Assembly: GCA_964604945.1 (NCBI GenBank)
Contig: CAZSBK010000005.1
Location: forward strand, 3,185-67,184
Reading direction: 5' to 3'
Length of the DNA stretch: 64,000 nt
Source of the DNA: an uncultured Candidatus Solibacter sp.
GTDB lineage: Bacteria; Acidobacteriota; Terriglobia; Bryobacterales; Bryobacteraceae
Part shown: positions 16,126 through 30,332 of the stretch, piece by piece
Layout of the letters: each line of letters starts with the position of its first letter
Position numbering within the stretch: the first letter of the stretch is position 1
Translations under genes and position numbers: made by a program
The notes under the pieces: generated by a model
What the model saw: the letters and a program-made list of their open reading frames with translations, nothing else
What the model was told of the DNA's origin: nothing
The model's database searches: none

Positions 16126-17534
16126 GAGAGTTTCTCCAAACGGGTGCGGGCTTCACTGAGCGCCGCCAGAACGGTTTCAGGGGCCGTGCCGCCATGGGCG
16201 CGGCGGGTTTTCATGCCCTGGCCGGGGTCCATCAGCGAGGCCATTTCCGGCGTGAAACGAGGGTCAAAGGCAACCAGAGCGTCAGGTGTCCAATCCGCCG
16301 GCTTCTTGCCGGTCTGGACCGATTCAAGCACGAGCTGGCCTGCCAGGACGTGCGCCTGGTGGAACGCCACGCCCGAGCGGGCCAGCGCCTCGGCCAGATC
16401 GGTGGCGACCACCCAGGAGTCTTCAGCTGCCTGGCGGGGACGCTCGGGCTTCAGCGAGGTCGTATCGATCACCTCGCGCACCATCTCAAGCGAGGAGGCC
16501 AGCGTATCGGCGGCATCGAATAGCTGTTCCTTGTCCTCCTGCATGTCGCGATTGTAGGTCATCGGCAGGCCCTTCATCAGCACCAGCACGGCGGTGAGGG
16601 CGCCGATGACGCGGCCCGACTTGCCGCGCACCAACTCCATCGAATCCGGGTTCTTCTTCTGCGGCATCAGCGAACTGCCGCTGGTGACGCCGTCGCCAAG
16701 CTCCAGCCAATCGAACTCCTCGCTGCTGTAAAGGATCCAGTCCTCAGCCAGGCGCGACAAGTGGACCATGGCGATGGAGGCGGCCGAGAGAAAATCGAGT
16801 ACGAAGTCGCGGTCGCCGGAGACATCCATCGAATTCAGCGTGATCGATTCGAAGCCCAGTTCGGAAGCCAGCGCCACGCGGTCCACAGGGAAGCCTGAAC
16901 CGGCCAGAGCGCCCGAGCCGAGAGGCATCACGTTGACGCGGGAACGGGCCTGGGTGAGGCGCTCATGGTCGCGCATCAGCATCTCGTAGTACGCCAGCAG
17001 GTAGTGGGGCCACAGCACGGCCTGGGCCCGGCGCATATGCGTGTAGCCGGGAACCACGGCTTCGGGATACCGTGCGGCGAGATCGAGCAGGGCCGACATG
17101 AGGCCGCGGAGAAGGCCAAGCGTCCCGTCGATTCTCCCGCGCAGCCAGAGCCGCGTGTCGAGCGAGACCTGCTCGTTGCGGCTGCGGCCCGTATGAATCT
17201 TGTCGGCCACCGGGCCCGCTTTTTCCTTCAGGCAGCCGATGACGTAGGTGTGGACGTCCTCGTCGTTTGACTGAGCGGCGGAGTCGGGATCGATCGAAGC
17301 CAGAGCCTTGCAGATTGTGGAGGCCTCATCAGACGTGAGGATGCCGACCCGGGTCAGCGCCCGCGCATAGGCCTGCGATCCTTCAATGTCGGCGCCGATC
17401 AGCCGGCGATCAAAGTGGAGCGACCCCGAGAATCGTTCAAACGTGGGCGATGGGCCGGACTTGAACCGTCCACCCCACAGCTTCATCGGCTTCTGGCCGG
17501 CTGTTTCTTGTCGGTTATCGTTTTCGTCAGCCAT
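16122..17534 (-). CDS. argH: Argininosuccinate lyase
   Basis: 470 aa. WGGRF start, GYTHMRRAQ, and the GSSLMPQKKNPDSMELVRGK fumarate-lyase signature. Confidence 0.95.
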   Translation of the reverse strand: MADENDNRQETAGQKPMKLWGGRFKSGPSPTFERFSGSLHFDRRLIGADIEGSQAYARALTRVGILTSDEASTICKALASIDPDSAAQSNDEDVHTYVIGCLKEKAGPVADKIHTGRSRNEQVSLDTRLWLRGRIDGTLGLLRGLMSALLDLAARYPEAVVPGYTHMRRAQAVLWPHYLLAYYEMLMRDHERLTQARSRVNVMPLGSGALAGSGFPVDRVALASELGFESITLNSMDVSGDRDFVLDFLSAASIAMVHLSRLAEDWILYSSEEFDWLELGDGVTSGSSLMPQKKNPDSMELVRGKSGRVIGALTAVLVLMKGLPMTYNRDMQEDKEQLFDAADTLASSLEMVREVIDTTSLKPERPRQAAEDSWVVATDLAEALARSGVAFHQAHVLAGQLVLESVQTGKKPADWTPDALVAFDPRFTPEMASLMDPGQGMKTRRAHGGTAPETVLAALSEARTRLEKLS

Positions 17535-17546
17535 ACGGTCGAAATC

Positions 17547-18512
17547 CTAGATTGCCCGCGCGCCGAGCATCAGCATCAGCGCTTTCTGAGCATGAAGCCG
17601 GTTTTCGGCCTGTTCGAAGACCACCGAGGCGGGCGATTCCATCACCTCGTCGGTGGTTTCCTCCTCGCGGTGGGCGGGCAGGCAATGCATGAACAATGCG
17701 CCGGGCGCCGCCATGCGCATCAGGCCGGTATTCACCTGGTAGGAGGCGAACAGGCGGGCGCGCTCGGCCGCTTCGTGTTCCTGTCCCATCGAAGCCCAAA
17801 CGTCAGTGTAAACGGCTTCCGCCCCGGCCAGACCCTCGTCGACCGACGTCGTGGCGATGATTTCCGCGCCTGTCGCCGCGGCCATGCTCCGCGCTGTCGC
17901 CAGGATTTCGGCTGACGGCTCATAGCCCGGCGGAGTGATACAAGCGAAATGGATGCCTAACCGGGCGGAGTCGAGCATCAGCGAGTGCGCGACATTGTTG
18001 CCGTCGCCGACGAAGGCCAGCTTGTGGCCCTGCCACTGGCCCCAGTGTTCCCTTAGCGTGAGCATATCGGCCAGCGCCTGGCAGGGATGGTAGAGGTCGC
18101 TAAGGGCGTTGATCACCGGGACACTCGCCCATCGGGCCAGTTCGTCCACCGTGTTCTGGGCGAATGTCCGGGCGACGAGCATCGTCGTCCAGCGTTCGAG
18201 ATTCCGGGCCACGTCCTTCACCGGCTCGCGGCCGCCGATCGGCCCGGTATACAGAATCGAGTCGCCGCCCAATTGCTTGGCCGCCACCTCAAATGTGACA
18301 CGTGTCCGCAGCGATGGTTTTTCGAATAGAAGGCTGACCACGTTGCCTGCGAGTGCCTTGGCGTAGGCCTGAGGCACGCGTTTGACGTCCGCGGCCAGTT
18401 CCAGGCACGAGTTGAGTTCAGCGACTGTCAGGTCCAGGTCGGAACGTACGTTGGCCGCCTCGACTGGAATCGGTGCGCGTGGCGGCGCGATAGGGGAGGA
18501 ATCGATAGTCAT
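17547..18512 (-). CDS. argF: Ornithine carbamoyltransferase
   Basis: SLRTRVTFE, HPCQALAD, and HCLPAHREEE motifs. 321 aa. Confidence 0.9.
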   Translation of the reverse strand: MTIDSSPIAPPRAPIPVEAANVRSDLDLTVAELNSCLELAADVKRVPQAYAKALAGNVVSLLFEKPSLRTRVTFEVAAKQLGGDSILYTGPIGGREPVKDVARNLERWTTMLVARTFAQNTVDELARWASVPVINALSDLYHPCQALADMLTLREHWGQWQGHKLAFVGDGNNVAHSLMLDSARLGIHFACITPPGYEPSAEILATARSMAAATGAEIIATTSVDEGLAGAEAVYTDVWASMGQEHEAAERARLFASYQVNTGLMRMAAPGALFMHCLPAHREEETTDEVMESPASVVFEQAENRLHAQKALMLMLGARAI

Positions 18513-18523
18513 GGCTGCCGTCG

Positions 18524-18561
18524 GCTGAATACTTATACATTACCATGAATAATTAGGCAAG
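18524..18561. promoter_or_regulatory. Tandem ARG boxes (putative ArgR operator) upstream of argF
   Basis: gcTGAATacttATaCAtt (18524-18541) and caTGAATaattAggCAag (18544-18561), compared with the consensus wnTGAATwwwwATTCAnw. The spacer is 2 bp. This is the only AT-rich island in the 200-bp intergenic region, 12 nt from the argF start. Confidence 0.5.
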
Positions 18562-18713
18562 CAAGAAGTTCTCCCTGAGACGGCTGCACGCTCCGTAGGG
18601 TGTTTGCTGGAGCGATTCGCCTGCAGAGCCGCGGTGGCGCGCCCGAAAGCCAAACAATCAGGTTACCCCCATTCAGGCTAAACATTTAGGCGAGGCAAGT
18701 CGATGGATACGGT

Positions 18714-22331
<3,618 letters not shown>

Positions 22332-22383
22332 GCGCGAAGGCGGTTGCCGATCCCCTCTTCCCGCGGATACTATCCTGTGAGTC

Positions 22384-23976
22384 ATGGACACGCGTCTTGA
22401 CGCCTCGCGCCTGGAGAGTCTGCTTGAATCGGCGCGGCTGCTCGGCGGTTCGCTCGAACTGGATCAGCAGATCGGCCACCTTCTCCGCACCGTCATGGGC
22501 CGTCTGCTGTCGACGCGCGCCTTGGTGGCGCTCAATCAGCCGGCGGGTTACCGCGTTGCCGCCGCGCGCGGTCTCAAAGGATTGAAGGCAGGCGATCCCA
22601 TTACGCCCGAGGCGGCTCAGGCGCTTGGGCTGGACCACTGGTTCAACATCGACGGACAGGACGGCCCCGCTGGTTTCCTGGCCGTGAACGATCCGCTTCA
22701 AAAGGGCCTCGATCAGGCTGAAACCGAGTTCATGAGGACCCTCGCCGGTTTGGCTTCGGCCTCGATCGCCAACGCCCGCGACCACCAGCAGGCCCTCCAA
22801 AGCAATCAGGAACTGCGGGCCATGCTTGAACTCAGCTCAAGCTTGGCCGCGGCGATCGAACCGGACGAAGTCGCGCGGCTCCTCATGCTGACCCTGGCCG
22901 GACGTTGGGCTATTTTGAAGTACGGCCTGGTGACCTGGAAGCCCGGAACGCCACCGATCCGCCGATTGAAGGGCTTGGAGCCGCCTCCTGATCCGGAAAT
23001 CAAGTCGGCGTTGGAACACGCCTCGGTGGCCCGCTTCGGCGCCGTCGTCGCACTGCCGGTCCGCCTGGGCGAGGAAATCGCCGGTGCCGTGCTGCTTGGC
23101 GCGCCGGCCTCGGGGCGCCCATTGGACGAGGCGGACCTGGAATTCGGCGTCGGCCTGGTTTCGATCGCCGGCGTCGCCTTGGACAACGCCTGGCGAGTCC
23201 AGGATACACTCTACCGCCAGCGCGTCGAACGTGAGCTCGGCTTGGCCGCATCCATCCAGCAGGATCTCTTCCCTCAGCAACTGCCGCTGCTCGCGGCCAC
23301 CGAACTGGCCGCCCGGAACCGCCCGGCGCGCGAAGTTGGCGGCGACTACTACGACGTGTTGAGCATCGCCGGCGCTGGCGCAGACGGGCCGCACCTGCTC
23401 GCAGTCGTTGACATCTCAGGCAAGGGCATCGGCGCTTCGCTTCTGATGGCCAACATCCAGGCCACCCTCAGAGCGCTGCTCTCCATGGAATCCTCGATCG
23501 AGGAGATCGCCCGCCGCACTTCGGACCTGCTTTATGCCTCTACGCCGGCCAGCAAGTACGCCACCGCCATCCTTGTGAAGTATGACCCGTTGACAGGCGC
23601 TTGCGACTACATCAACGCCGGCCACAACGAGGGTTTGATCCGCCGCGCCTCCAGCGAGGTCGAGCGCCTGGATTCGACCTCGATTCCGCTGGCTCTGTTT
23701 CCAGGCCGCACGTACGCCAAATCCAGCTTCGCCCTCAACCCCGGAGACGTCCTGCTGTTGTACTCCGACGGCGTCACGGACGCCTGTGGGCTCGACGGCG
23801 TGGAGTACGGCACCGAACGCCTCATCGAACGGCTCGTTCGATCTCCCGGCGAGCAACTGGAGCGCTTGGTTGACGGAGTCTTCGACTCGATCGACTCGTT
23901 CGCCGGCGCCGCGCCCCAACACGACGACATCACCGTCCTTGCGTTGCGGCGGACCCGGGGAACTGGCGTAAGATGA
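22384..23976 (+). CDS. GAF-domain PP2C/SpoIIE-family serine phosphatase (RsbU-like)
   Basis: C-terminal EVGGDYYDV...VVDISGKGIGASLLMA...NAGHNEG...LLLYSDGVTD...HDDITVLALRR. N-terminal GAF-like repeats. Confidence 0.85.
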   Translation: MDTRLDASRLESLLESARLLGGSLELDQQIGHLLRTVMGRLLSTRALVALNQPAGYRVAAARGLKGLKAGDPITPEAAQALGLDHWFNIDGQDGPAGFLAVNDPLQKGLDQAETEFMRTLAGLASASIANARDHQQALQSNQELRAMLELSSSLAAAIEPDEVARLLMLTLAGRWAILKYGLVTWKPGTPPIRRLKGLEPPPDPEIKSALEHASVARFGAVVALPVRLGEEIAGAVLLGAPASGRPLDEADLEFGVGLVSIAGVALDNAWRVQDTLYRQRVERELGLAASIQQDLFPQQLPLLAATELAARNRPAREVGGDYYDVLSIAGAGADGPHLLAVVDISGKGIGASLLMANIQATLRALLSMESSIEEIARRTSDLLYASTPASKYATAILVKYDPLTGACDYINAGHNEGLIRRASSEVERLDSTSIPLALFPGRTYAKSSFALNPGDVLLLYSDGVTDACGLDGVEYGTERLIERLVRSPGEQLERLVDGVFDSIDSFAGAAPQHDDITVLALRRTRGTGVR

Positions 23977-24368
23977 AGCGAGCCTCTGAGGAGAAGCGAG
24001 ACCGCGTGACCCAGTCATTTCAGGTTGCCATCAGCGATATCGGTGCTGTGCGCGTCATGTCGATCGAAGGCTACCTGGACGCGCACACCGCGCCCTCGTT
24101 CGAATCTTCGATTGAAAACGAAATCCGTTCAGGCAAGATTCGCCTCGTGGTGGACTGCGCGCGTCTGACTTACATCTCCTCCGCCGGCCTCGGCGTCTTC
24201 ATGAGCTTCCTCGAAGAGGTTCGCGAACAGGGCGGCGATATCAAGCTGGCCGCCATCACGCCGAAGGTGTTCCAGGTTTTCGACGTGCTGGGTTTCCCGA
24301 AGTTGTTTGACATCACGCCGGCGGTTAAAGAGGCCGTTGAGCAGTTCAACCGTCCTCGGGAGTCATGA
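23973..24368 (+). CDS. STAS-domain anti-sigma-factor antagonist (RsbV/SpoIIAA-like)
   Basis: LVVDCARLTYISSAGLGVFMSFLEEVREQGGDIKLAAITPKVFQVFDVLGF. ATGA overlap with the phosphatase gene. Confidence 0.85.
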   Translation: MKRASEEKRDRVTQSFQVAISDIGAVRVMSIEGYLDAHTAPSFESSIENEIRSGKIRLVVDCARLTYISSAGLGVFMSFLEEVREQGGDIKLAAITPKVFQVFDVLGFPKLFDITPAVKEAVEQFNRPRES

Positions 24369-24369
24369 G

Positions 24370-24804
24370 ATGGACGCCTTCGAACGCAGCTTCACGCTTC
24401 ACGTTCCCTCGTCGACCGAGAACCTGGCGATGATCCGCGATTTCGTTGCGTCTATCGGCGCCAAGGCCGGCTTCGACGAGAACGAAGCCGCGCGCATCAC
24501 GCTGGCCGTGGACGAAGCCTGCGCCAACGTCATCGAGCATGCATACAGCTCCGAAGATACGCACGCCGTCACTATCCGGGCCACGCTCGACAACAAGGAT
24601 CTGGTCTTCGACATTATCGACAACGGCCGCGGCTTCGTGGCCGGCGACATGGCCCAGGTTGATGTCGAGGAGTTAATCCGCCAACGCAAGTCCGGCGGGC
24701 TCGGGTTGCGGCTGATCCGCGCCGTCATGGACGAGGTCAACTATCAGATCACGCCCGGCGAGAAGAACGAACTCCATATGGTCAAGCGCCTGCACCGCGG
24801 CTGA
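24370..24804 (+). CDS. Anti-sigma regulatory Ser/Thr kinase (RsbW/SpoIIAB-like, HATPase_c_2)
   Basis: MIRDFVASIGAKAGFDENEAARITLAVDEACANVIEHAY...DNGRGF...GGLGLRLIRAVMDEV. Start taken at ATG 24370, right after the STAS stop. Confidence 0.8.
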   Translation: MDAFERSFTLHVPSSTENLAMIRDFVASIGAKAGFDENEAARITLAVDEACANVIEHAYSSEDTHAVTIRATLDNKDLVFDIIDNGRGFVAGDMAQVDVEELIRQRKSGGLGLRLIRAVMDEVNYQITPGEKNELHMVKRLHRG

Positions 24805-24851
24805 TCCGGCCCGCCGGAGCCCGGCGGATCCAGAACCGGCGTATCCGGCTC

Positions 24852-26093
24852 CTAGAGCGAAAGCGCGCGAACCGCCGCGGCCAGCAGTTCATCGTCATTC
24901 GCGAAACGGTCGGCGCGTAGCACCGTGACCGGGCCGGGACCGCAGGGCGTCCACCGGGCCAGCATCCGTTCATTGACGAATCCCTTGAAGACCGACACCA
25001 GCGGCACACCCATGGCTGCGGCCACGTGCTGGCCGGCCGAATCGTATCCGAAATAAAGCTTGGATGCCGCGATCATCGCGGCAAAGCTGGCAAACGGTCC
25101 GCTGTGGATGCCGATCCGTTGGCCGCACTCTCCGGCCTCGCTGACCGCCGTGCGCACGCGCGCCTCCTCCTCGCTGCCGGGCGCGCCGGCGTCGATGAAG
25201 ACCTGTGCGCCGAGTCCGCCCAGGTGGGTCGCGATTTCCCGTTCAAAGGATCCGCTGGCGCGCTTGGCCGGATTCTCACCGACGCCGAAGCTGGCAGTCA
25301 CCACCGGCAGTTCGCCGAAGTCGAAGTTGAACTTGGGATGCAGGTACGGTTCGGCGCCGCCGATGCCCAGCGTCGATTCAAGCCACCGCGCAGCCAGCGC
25401 TGGCAGAGGTTCCATCGAATCGCCGCCGATGGCCCGGCTCTCGAAAAGGTAATGGCGCGGGGCAGGGCAGAGAGGCAGCAGTCCGAGCTGCGACAAACGC
25501 GAATCGGGGTCGAGCAGGATTGTGCCTTCCTGGCTGCACAACTGGGCAAGCGGCTCGTAACATGCCAGCCGGCTGGCCAGCGCCGCCGTCCGGCCATACT
25601 CAACCCGGAAGTGTGTCAGCCGCGGGTCGCGCTCGAACAGTCCCCAGGCCTTTGTGGTTCCGGCGAACACGATCTCAGCCGATGGAAATCGCCGTTTCGC
25701 CGCATTCAGGAACAGGCTGGTGATGGCCACATCGGCGCCCAACGTCACGCGCGACAGCACAACCACCCGGCTCGGATCTTTTGGCGCTGCGCGAATCTGG
25801 GCGGCTTCGGTGTAGCGCATCTCCAGATGGGCGGCGTCCAAACCAGGGATGGCCTGGCTCAGAACGCGGCTGAACAGCTTCGCATATTCACCTGAAAGGC
25901 GTGGCTCGAACATGTCGGCTAGTGGTTCGGCCAAACCCGCGAACAGCGCCCTGGACGCCGCTGCGGCCAGATACTCGTCGGAATCGAGCGCGGCTGCGGC
26001 CAGCGCCTCGATATCGTCCGGGTCCCAGGCGTGACCCGTCAGACAGTCGTCGAGTAGCCGTGCAGCCAGTTTACTGGCTGAGATATTTGCCAA
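24852..26093 (-). CDS. Glycosyltransferase family 9-like (heptosyltransferase fold) protein with an extra N-terminal region
   Basis: [17 protein letters not shown] and C-terminal [24 protein letters not shown], typical of GT9. Confidence 0.65.
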   Translation of the reverse strand: MANISASKLAARLLDDCLTGHAWDPDDIEALAAAALDSDEYLAAAASRALFAGLAEPLADMFEPRLSGEYAKLFSRVLSQAIPGLDAAHLEMRYTEAAQIRAAPKDPSRVVVLSRVTLGADVAITSLFLNAAKRRFPSAEIVFAGTTKAWGLFERDPRLTHFRVEYGRTAALASRLACYEPLAQLCSQEGTILLDPDSRLSQLGLLPLCPAPRHYLFESRAIGGDSMEPLPALAARWLESTLGIGGAEPYLHPKFNFDFGELPVVTASFGVGENPAKRASGSFEREIATHLGGLGAQVFIDAGAPGSEEEARVRTAVSEAGECGQRIGIHSGPFASFAAMIAASKLYFGYDSAGQHVAAAMGVPLVSVFKGFVNERMLARWTPCGPGPVTVLRADRFANDDELLAAAVRALSL

Positions 26094-26937
26094 CGATCAA
26101 CTCCAGCTTCTTACGCGTCTCGGCGGGGATGGCCGAGCGGTCTGTGATCAGCGCGTATTCCAGGGCGTGCGAGCAGGCGCACGTCCGCTCGCCGATTTCG
26201 AGCAGCTTCACTGCGGCGCGCACCACTTTCTGCGCGTTCTCTGCGTTGTGGGTCAGATTGCGGATGATGTCGGCGACGGTGACGGCCTCATGGTCCGGGT
26301 GCCAGCAATCGTAATCGGTCACCATGGCGACGGTCGAATAGCAGATCTCGGCCTCGCGTGCCAGCTTGGCCTCCTGCAGGTTGGTCATGCCGATCACGTC
26401 CATACCCCAACTTCGGTAGAGGTTCGATTCGGCTTTCGTCGAAAACGCTGGACCCTCCATGCAGACATAGGTCCCGCCAAGCTTCGCAGCCACGCCCGCC
26501 TCGTTGCAGGCAGACTTCACCAACTGCGCCAGGCAGCCACAGACCGGATCGCCGAAGCTGACATGAGCGACGAGTCCCTCGCCGAAGAATGTGGACTTGC
26601 GGCCCATCGTCCGGTCGACGAACTGGTCCGGGATCACAAAGTCCATCGGCTTGTGTTCGGCCTTCAGCGAACCCACGGCGCTGAGCGAAATGATCCATTC
26701 AACGCCTAATTGCTTAAAACCGTGAATGTTGGCGCGGAAGTTCAGCTCCGACGGGCTGAGTCGGTGGCCGCGGCCATGGCGGGGGAGGAATGCGACCGGC
26801 TTGCCTTCCAGCTCCCCAGCGATGTAGGCGTCCGACGGGTCGCCAAACGGGGTCTCCAAGCGGACCTCCTGCTGTCCGGAAAAGCCAGGCATCGAGTAGA
26901 GCCCGCTGCCGCCGATAATGCCGATCTTCGCTTTCAA
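26071..26937 (-). CDS. mtnP: S-methyl-5'-thioadenosine phosphorylase
   Basis: [11 protein letters not shown]...[10 protein letters not shown]...[23 protein letters not shown]...[13 protein letters not shown]...[18 protein letters not shown]. Start set at TTG 26937, preceded by AAGGAG; the track ORF extends further upstream. Confidence 0.85.
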   Translation of the reverse strand: MKAKIGIIGGSGLYSMPGFSGQQEVRLETPFGDPSDAYIAGELEGKPVAFLPRHGRGHRLSPSELNFRANIHGFKQLGVEWIISLSAVGSLKAEHKPMDFVIPDQFVDRTMGRKSTFFGEGLVAHVSFGDPVCGCLAQLVKSACNEAGVAAKLGGTYVCMEGPAFSTKAESNLYRSWGMDVIGMTNLQEAKLAREAEICYSTVAMVTDYDCWHPDHEAVTVADIIRNLTHNAENAQKVVRAAVKLLEIGERTCACSHALEYALITDRSAIPAETRKKLELIVGKYLSQ

Positions 26938-27110
26938 GTCCTGGTCTCCTTTCCGGTCTGAACGGATGGCGTCGCGCGCCACTCTAACATGATCGTGCAT
27001 CTGCGCCAGCCCGCGCCAGTCTCGTCGCGGTCGGGCCATCGGTTGTAAAGTCCAGCGAGAGGATGGAAGGTGGTGGAATCTGCCACAATGTTGAAGTTTG
27101 GTCACGGCGG

Positions 27111-28244
27111 ATGAACATGATTCAACCCACCTGCGCGGCTGAGTTGAGCCAGGCATTGCGGCAAGCCGCAGCCACTTCAACGCGCATCCGCTTGGGCGGC
27201 GGCTTCACCAAGGACGCACTGGGTGGCACGGTCCACGCTGCCGGTGTATCGATCTCGACCGCCGCCATGAGCCGTGTGCTTGCCTATGAACCCAAGGACC
27301 TGACCGTCAGCGTCGAAGCCGGCCTGCCCTACGCCGAGTTGTTGGCCCTGCTGACCGCCGAAGGCCAGATGCTGCCGCTCGATCCGCCGCTGGCCGGAGT
27401 CTCCACGGTCGGTGGGGTGATTGCCGCCAACCTGTGCGGCTCGCGGCGGAGGCTCTACGGGACGGCCCGCGACGTGGTTATCGGCATGTCTTACTGCACG
27501 CTCGACGGAGATATTGCCGATTCAGGCGCGCTCGTGGTAAAAAGCGTCGCCGGCTACGACATCCACAAACTGCTGACCGGCAGCTTCGGCACCCTGGCGG
27601 CCATTGCCAGCATCAACTTCAAGGTGTCGCCGGCGCCCGAACTCACCCGGACCTACATCCTCGCCCATCCAAGCACCCAGGCTGCATCCGCCACACGCGC
27701 CCGGCTGGCCAGCGGCGTCCTCCAGCCGGCCGCGGTTGACTACCTGAATCCCGCTGCGGCCGCGCGCTGCGGACTCGACGGCCATGTGATCCTGGTGCGC
27801 GCCGCCGGTGCCGAGCGCGTCCTGGCCCGCTATGCGCGTGAGCTCGATGGGGCCGAGACAGTCGAAGGCGGGCAGGAAGCTGCGCTATGGGAGCGGCTGA
27901 GCGGCCTCGCGCCCGATTGGCTGAGCGGCCAGGACGGGCTGGCCGTGGTCAAGGTCGTCCACCCCGTGCAGGTTCTTGCCGATCTATCGGACCTGGTCCC
28001 CGGGCCGGTCTGGTCGCACGCCTTGAACGGCGTAACACGCCTCGCTTGTATGAACGCCGTCGAGGTGGCCAAGGCCTGTTCGAGTGCACATCTTTCGCTG
28101 GTCGAATGGTCGGATCCCTCTCGCAGGCAGGGCCTTCAACTCTGGCCCGCACCGGGCCCCGACCTGGAATTGATGAAACAAATGAAGTCCGTCTTCGATC
28201 CGAAGGGACTTCTCAATCCTGGGAGGCTGCATGGCCGCATCTGA
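27111..28244 (+). CDS. glcE: Glycolate oxidase FAD-binding subunit GlcE-like
   Basis: FAD_binding_4-type N-terminus. [20 protein letters not shown], and C-terminal [18 protein letters not shown]. Overlaps the glcF start. Confidence 0.75.
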   Translation: MNMIQPTCAAELSQALRQAAATSTRIRLGGGFTKDALGGTVHAAGVSISTAAMSRVLAYEPKDLTVSVEAGLPYAELLALLTAEGQMLPLDPPLAGVSTVGGVIAANLCGSRRRLYGTARDVVIGMSYCTLDGDIADSGALVVKSVAGYDIHKLLTGSFGTLAAIASINFKVSPAPELTRTYILAHPSTQAASATRARLASGVLQPAAVDYLNPAAAARCGLDGHVILVRAAGAERVLARYARELDGAETVEGGQEAALWERLSGLAPDWLSGQDGLAVVKVVHPVQVLADLSDLVPGPVWSHALNGVTRLACMNAVEVAKACSSAHLSLVEWSDPSRRQGLQLWPAPGPDLELMKQMKSVFDPKGLLNPGRLHGRI

Positions 28245-29547
28245 CCACGCGCCCGATCCCGGACGTCCCCGTCACGCCGACGCCCCCCGACAGGCAGACC
28301 TTGATAAGTGCATCCATTGCGGGCTGTGCCTGAACGCCTGCCCGACCTATCGTGAACTGGGCGTCGAAATGGACTCGCCTCGCGGCCGCATCTACCAGAT
28401 GGCCCGCGTCGCGGAGGGCGAAATGGAGATCGGCCCCTCCTACATTGCCCACATCGATCTTTGCCTGGCCTGCCGTGGCTGCGAATCGGCGTGCCCATCC
28501 GGCGTATCTTACGGCCGTCTGATCGAGGCCGCGCGGGCGGAGATCGAAGCCGTCGTCCGGCGGCCCTGGCACGTCCGGTTGCTGCGGTCGCTGGTTTTCA
28601 AGCATATCTTGCCGTCGCGAGGCTGGATGAAGACGCTCGGTGCTCTTCTCTACCTCTATCAGGTGAGTGGACTGCGCGCCGTGGCCGAAGGCAGCGGTTT
28701 CCTGAAACTGTTCGGCAAACTGGGCCGCATCGCCCCGCTGGCACCGGCTGCCGAAGTCCCTTTCTTTTTCGATCAGATCGGCAAGACTTTCCCTGCCGAA
28801 GGCGAGCGCCGTTTCCGGGTCGCCTTGCTGGCTGGCTGCATCGCCAACGTCTTCTTCGCCCGGCTGAACGAGGCCACCGTCCGTGTACTGTGCAAGAACG
28901 GCTGCGAGGTCGTTATTCCCGGCGATCAGACCTGCTGTGGGGCGCTCCACGCGCACGCCGGCGAACGCGCCCATGCTCGCTCGCTGGCCCGCCGCAATAT
29001 CGACGCCCTGTTGCCTGGCGATTACGATGCCATCCTCACAAACGCCGCTGGCTGCGGTTCGACGCTGAAGGAGTACCACGAACTCCTCGAATCGGATCCG
29101 GACTATGCAGGCAAGGCCGAACGTTTCGTGGAGCGCCTTCGCGACGTGACCGAGTTCCTGGCCTCGATCGACCTGAATCCGGAGATGAAATCGATCGATG
29201 CCCTTGTGACCTATCAAGACTCCTGCCACCTGCTCCACGGCCAGAAGATCCGCAACGCCCCGCGTGAAATCCTCACAGCTATTCCTGGCCTGCGCCTGAA
29301 GGAGTTGCCCCACTCCGAGATCTGTTGCGGCAGCGCCGGCGTGTACAATGTCGTCCACGACGAACTGGCTGCCTCGCTGTTGGAAAACAAGATGGAGATG
29401 GTCAATCTGACAGGTGCGTCCATCGTCGCCACGGCCAACCCCGGCTGCATGTTGCAGTTGCGCGCGGGCGTCGAACGCCACGGCAAGGGCCAAAGGGTTG
29501 TGCACGTCGTCGAACTGCTCGATGAAGCCTATCGCGCCGCGCCCTGA
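28231..29547 (+). CDS. glcF: Glycolate oxidase iron-sulfur subunit GlcF-like ((Fe-S)-binding protein with CCG domains)
   Basis: CIHCGLCLNACPTY and CLACRGCESACPSGV ferredoxin motifs. Two CCG-type Cys-rich domains (CCGA..., CCGSAGVYN). Confidence 0.85.
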   Translation: MAASDHAPDPGRPRHADAPRQADLDKCIHCGLCLNACPTYRELGVEMDSPRGRIYQMARVAEGEMEIGPSYIAHIDLCLACRGCESACPSGVSYGRLIEAARAEIEAVVRRPWHVRLLRSLVFKHILPSRGWMKTLGALLYLYQVSGLRAVAEGSGFLKLFGKLGRIAPLAPAAEVPFFFDQIGKTFPAEGERRFRVALLAGCIANVFFARLNEATVRVLCKNGCEVVIPGDQTCCGALHAHAGERAHARSLARRNIDALLPGDYDAILTNAAGCGSTLKEYHELLESDPDYAGKAERFVERLRDVTEFLASIDLNPEMKSIDALVTYQDSCHLLHGQKIRNAPREILTAIPGLRLKELPHSEICCGSAGVYNVVHDELAASLLENKMEMVNLTGASIVATANPGCMLQLRAGVERHGKGQRVVHVVELLDEAYRAAP

Positions 29548-30332
29548 CGCGACAGTGCGCGGACGGCCGCCCGCGTCTTGCCCAGCGTCGATTCCAGGGT
29601 CTCCTTCGGCATGGATGTCACCATCGGCTTGATCGCCCACGACAGCCCGAGCGGGATGTCGCGAGTCAGAGAAATAGACCGCAACTCCATCACCACCCCG
29701 CCGTCGCGTTCCTCGACATGCCACCAGCTGTTCAGTCGCCAAAGGAACCCGAAGCCGGTCCCCTCTGGCTTCTGGCGCTCGTCCTTCTCGCCGAAGTTCT
29801 CCACCTCGACGATCTTGGTCGATCGCACTACGCCCTGCCAGCGGCCCGGCGCCAGTTCGCGGTACACCGTCTGGAATTCGTAGTCGAGCACGGCCGTAAC
29901 CACCTTCTTCTTCAACGTTCGCAAGGAGGACCGGAACTCGTTTGCCCCGCCGGACAGCTTGCGTGCTGCTAGAGTCTCAGGGGCGTAGATGCGGGGGTGG
30001 TTGTTCACATCCTCGAGAACGAGCAGCGCATGTTGGGCCTTGGCTCCGGGGATGAAGACGGCTCCAGTCCAATCGTGGATCAATCCGTACCGCACATCCT
30101 GCGACGGAGACTCATTGGTCGGCGACACCAGAACGCCGTCCGATTTCAGCGTTTTCCATCTCTCTTGGCTCGATGCACTCCACAGAAATGATCCGCGGCC
30201 CTCCGCACGCGCCTGCATTTGGCTGCTGGCCTGCGCCATATAGGCATCGAACTGCCGCACTGTTTCCGGCTTCAGCTCCGCGGCGAAAGCGGAGGGTTGC
30301 CACAATAGCAGGAATGCCAGCAGTAGGCTCAT
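29529..30332 (-). CDS. Secreted protein of unknown function (267 aa)
   Basis: Start at MSLLLAFLLLWQPSAFAAE (signal peptide). ATGA overlap with the upstream serine-hydrolase gene (30329-30332). The track ORF extension to 30701 is an Arg/Gly-rich shadow. Confidence 0.55.
   Translation of the reverse strand: MSLLLAFLLLWQPSAFAAELKPETVRQFDAYMAQASSQMQARAEGRGSFLWSASSQERWKTLKSDGVLVSPTNESPSQDVRYGLIHDWTGAVFIPGAKAQHALLVLEDVNNHPRIYAPETLAARKLSGGANEFRSSLRTLKKKVVTAVLDYEFQTVYRELAPGRWQGVVRSTKIVEVENFGEKDERQKPEGTGFGFLWRLNSWWHVEERDGGVVMELRSISLTRDIPLGLSWAIKPMVTSMPKETLESTLGKTRAAVRALSRQGAAR

Noticed and set aside
24805-24851. GC-rich partial palindrome between convergent genes, considered as a bidirectional terminator
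   Set aside because: The stem is imperfect and there is no U-run on either strand, so it is too weak to call.
28213-29742. 509-aa minus-strand ORF
   Set aside because: Antisense to glcF, whose Fe-S and CCG motifs are unambiguous.
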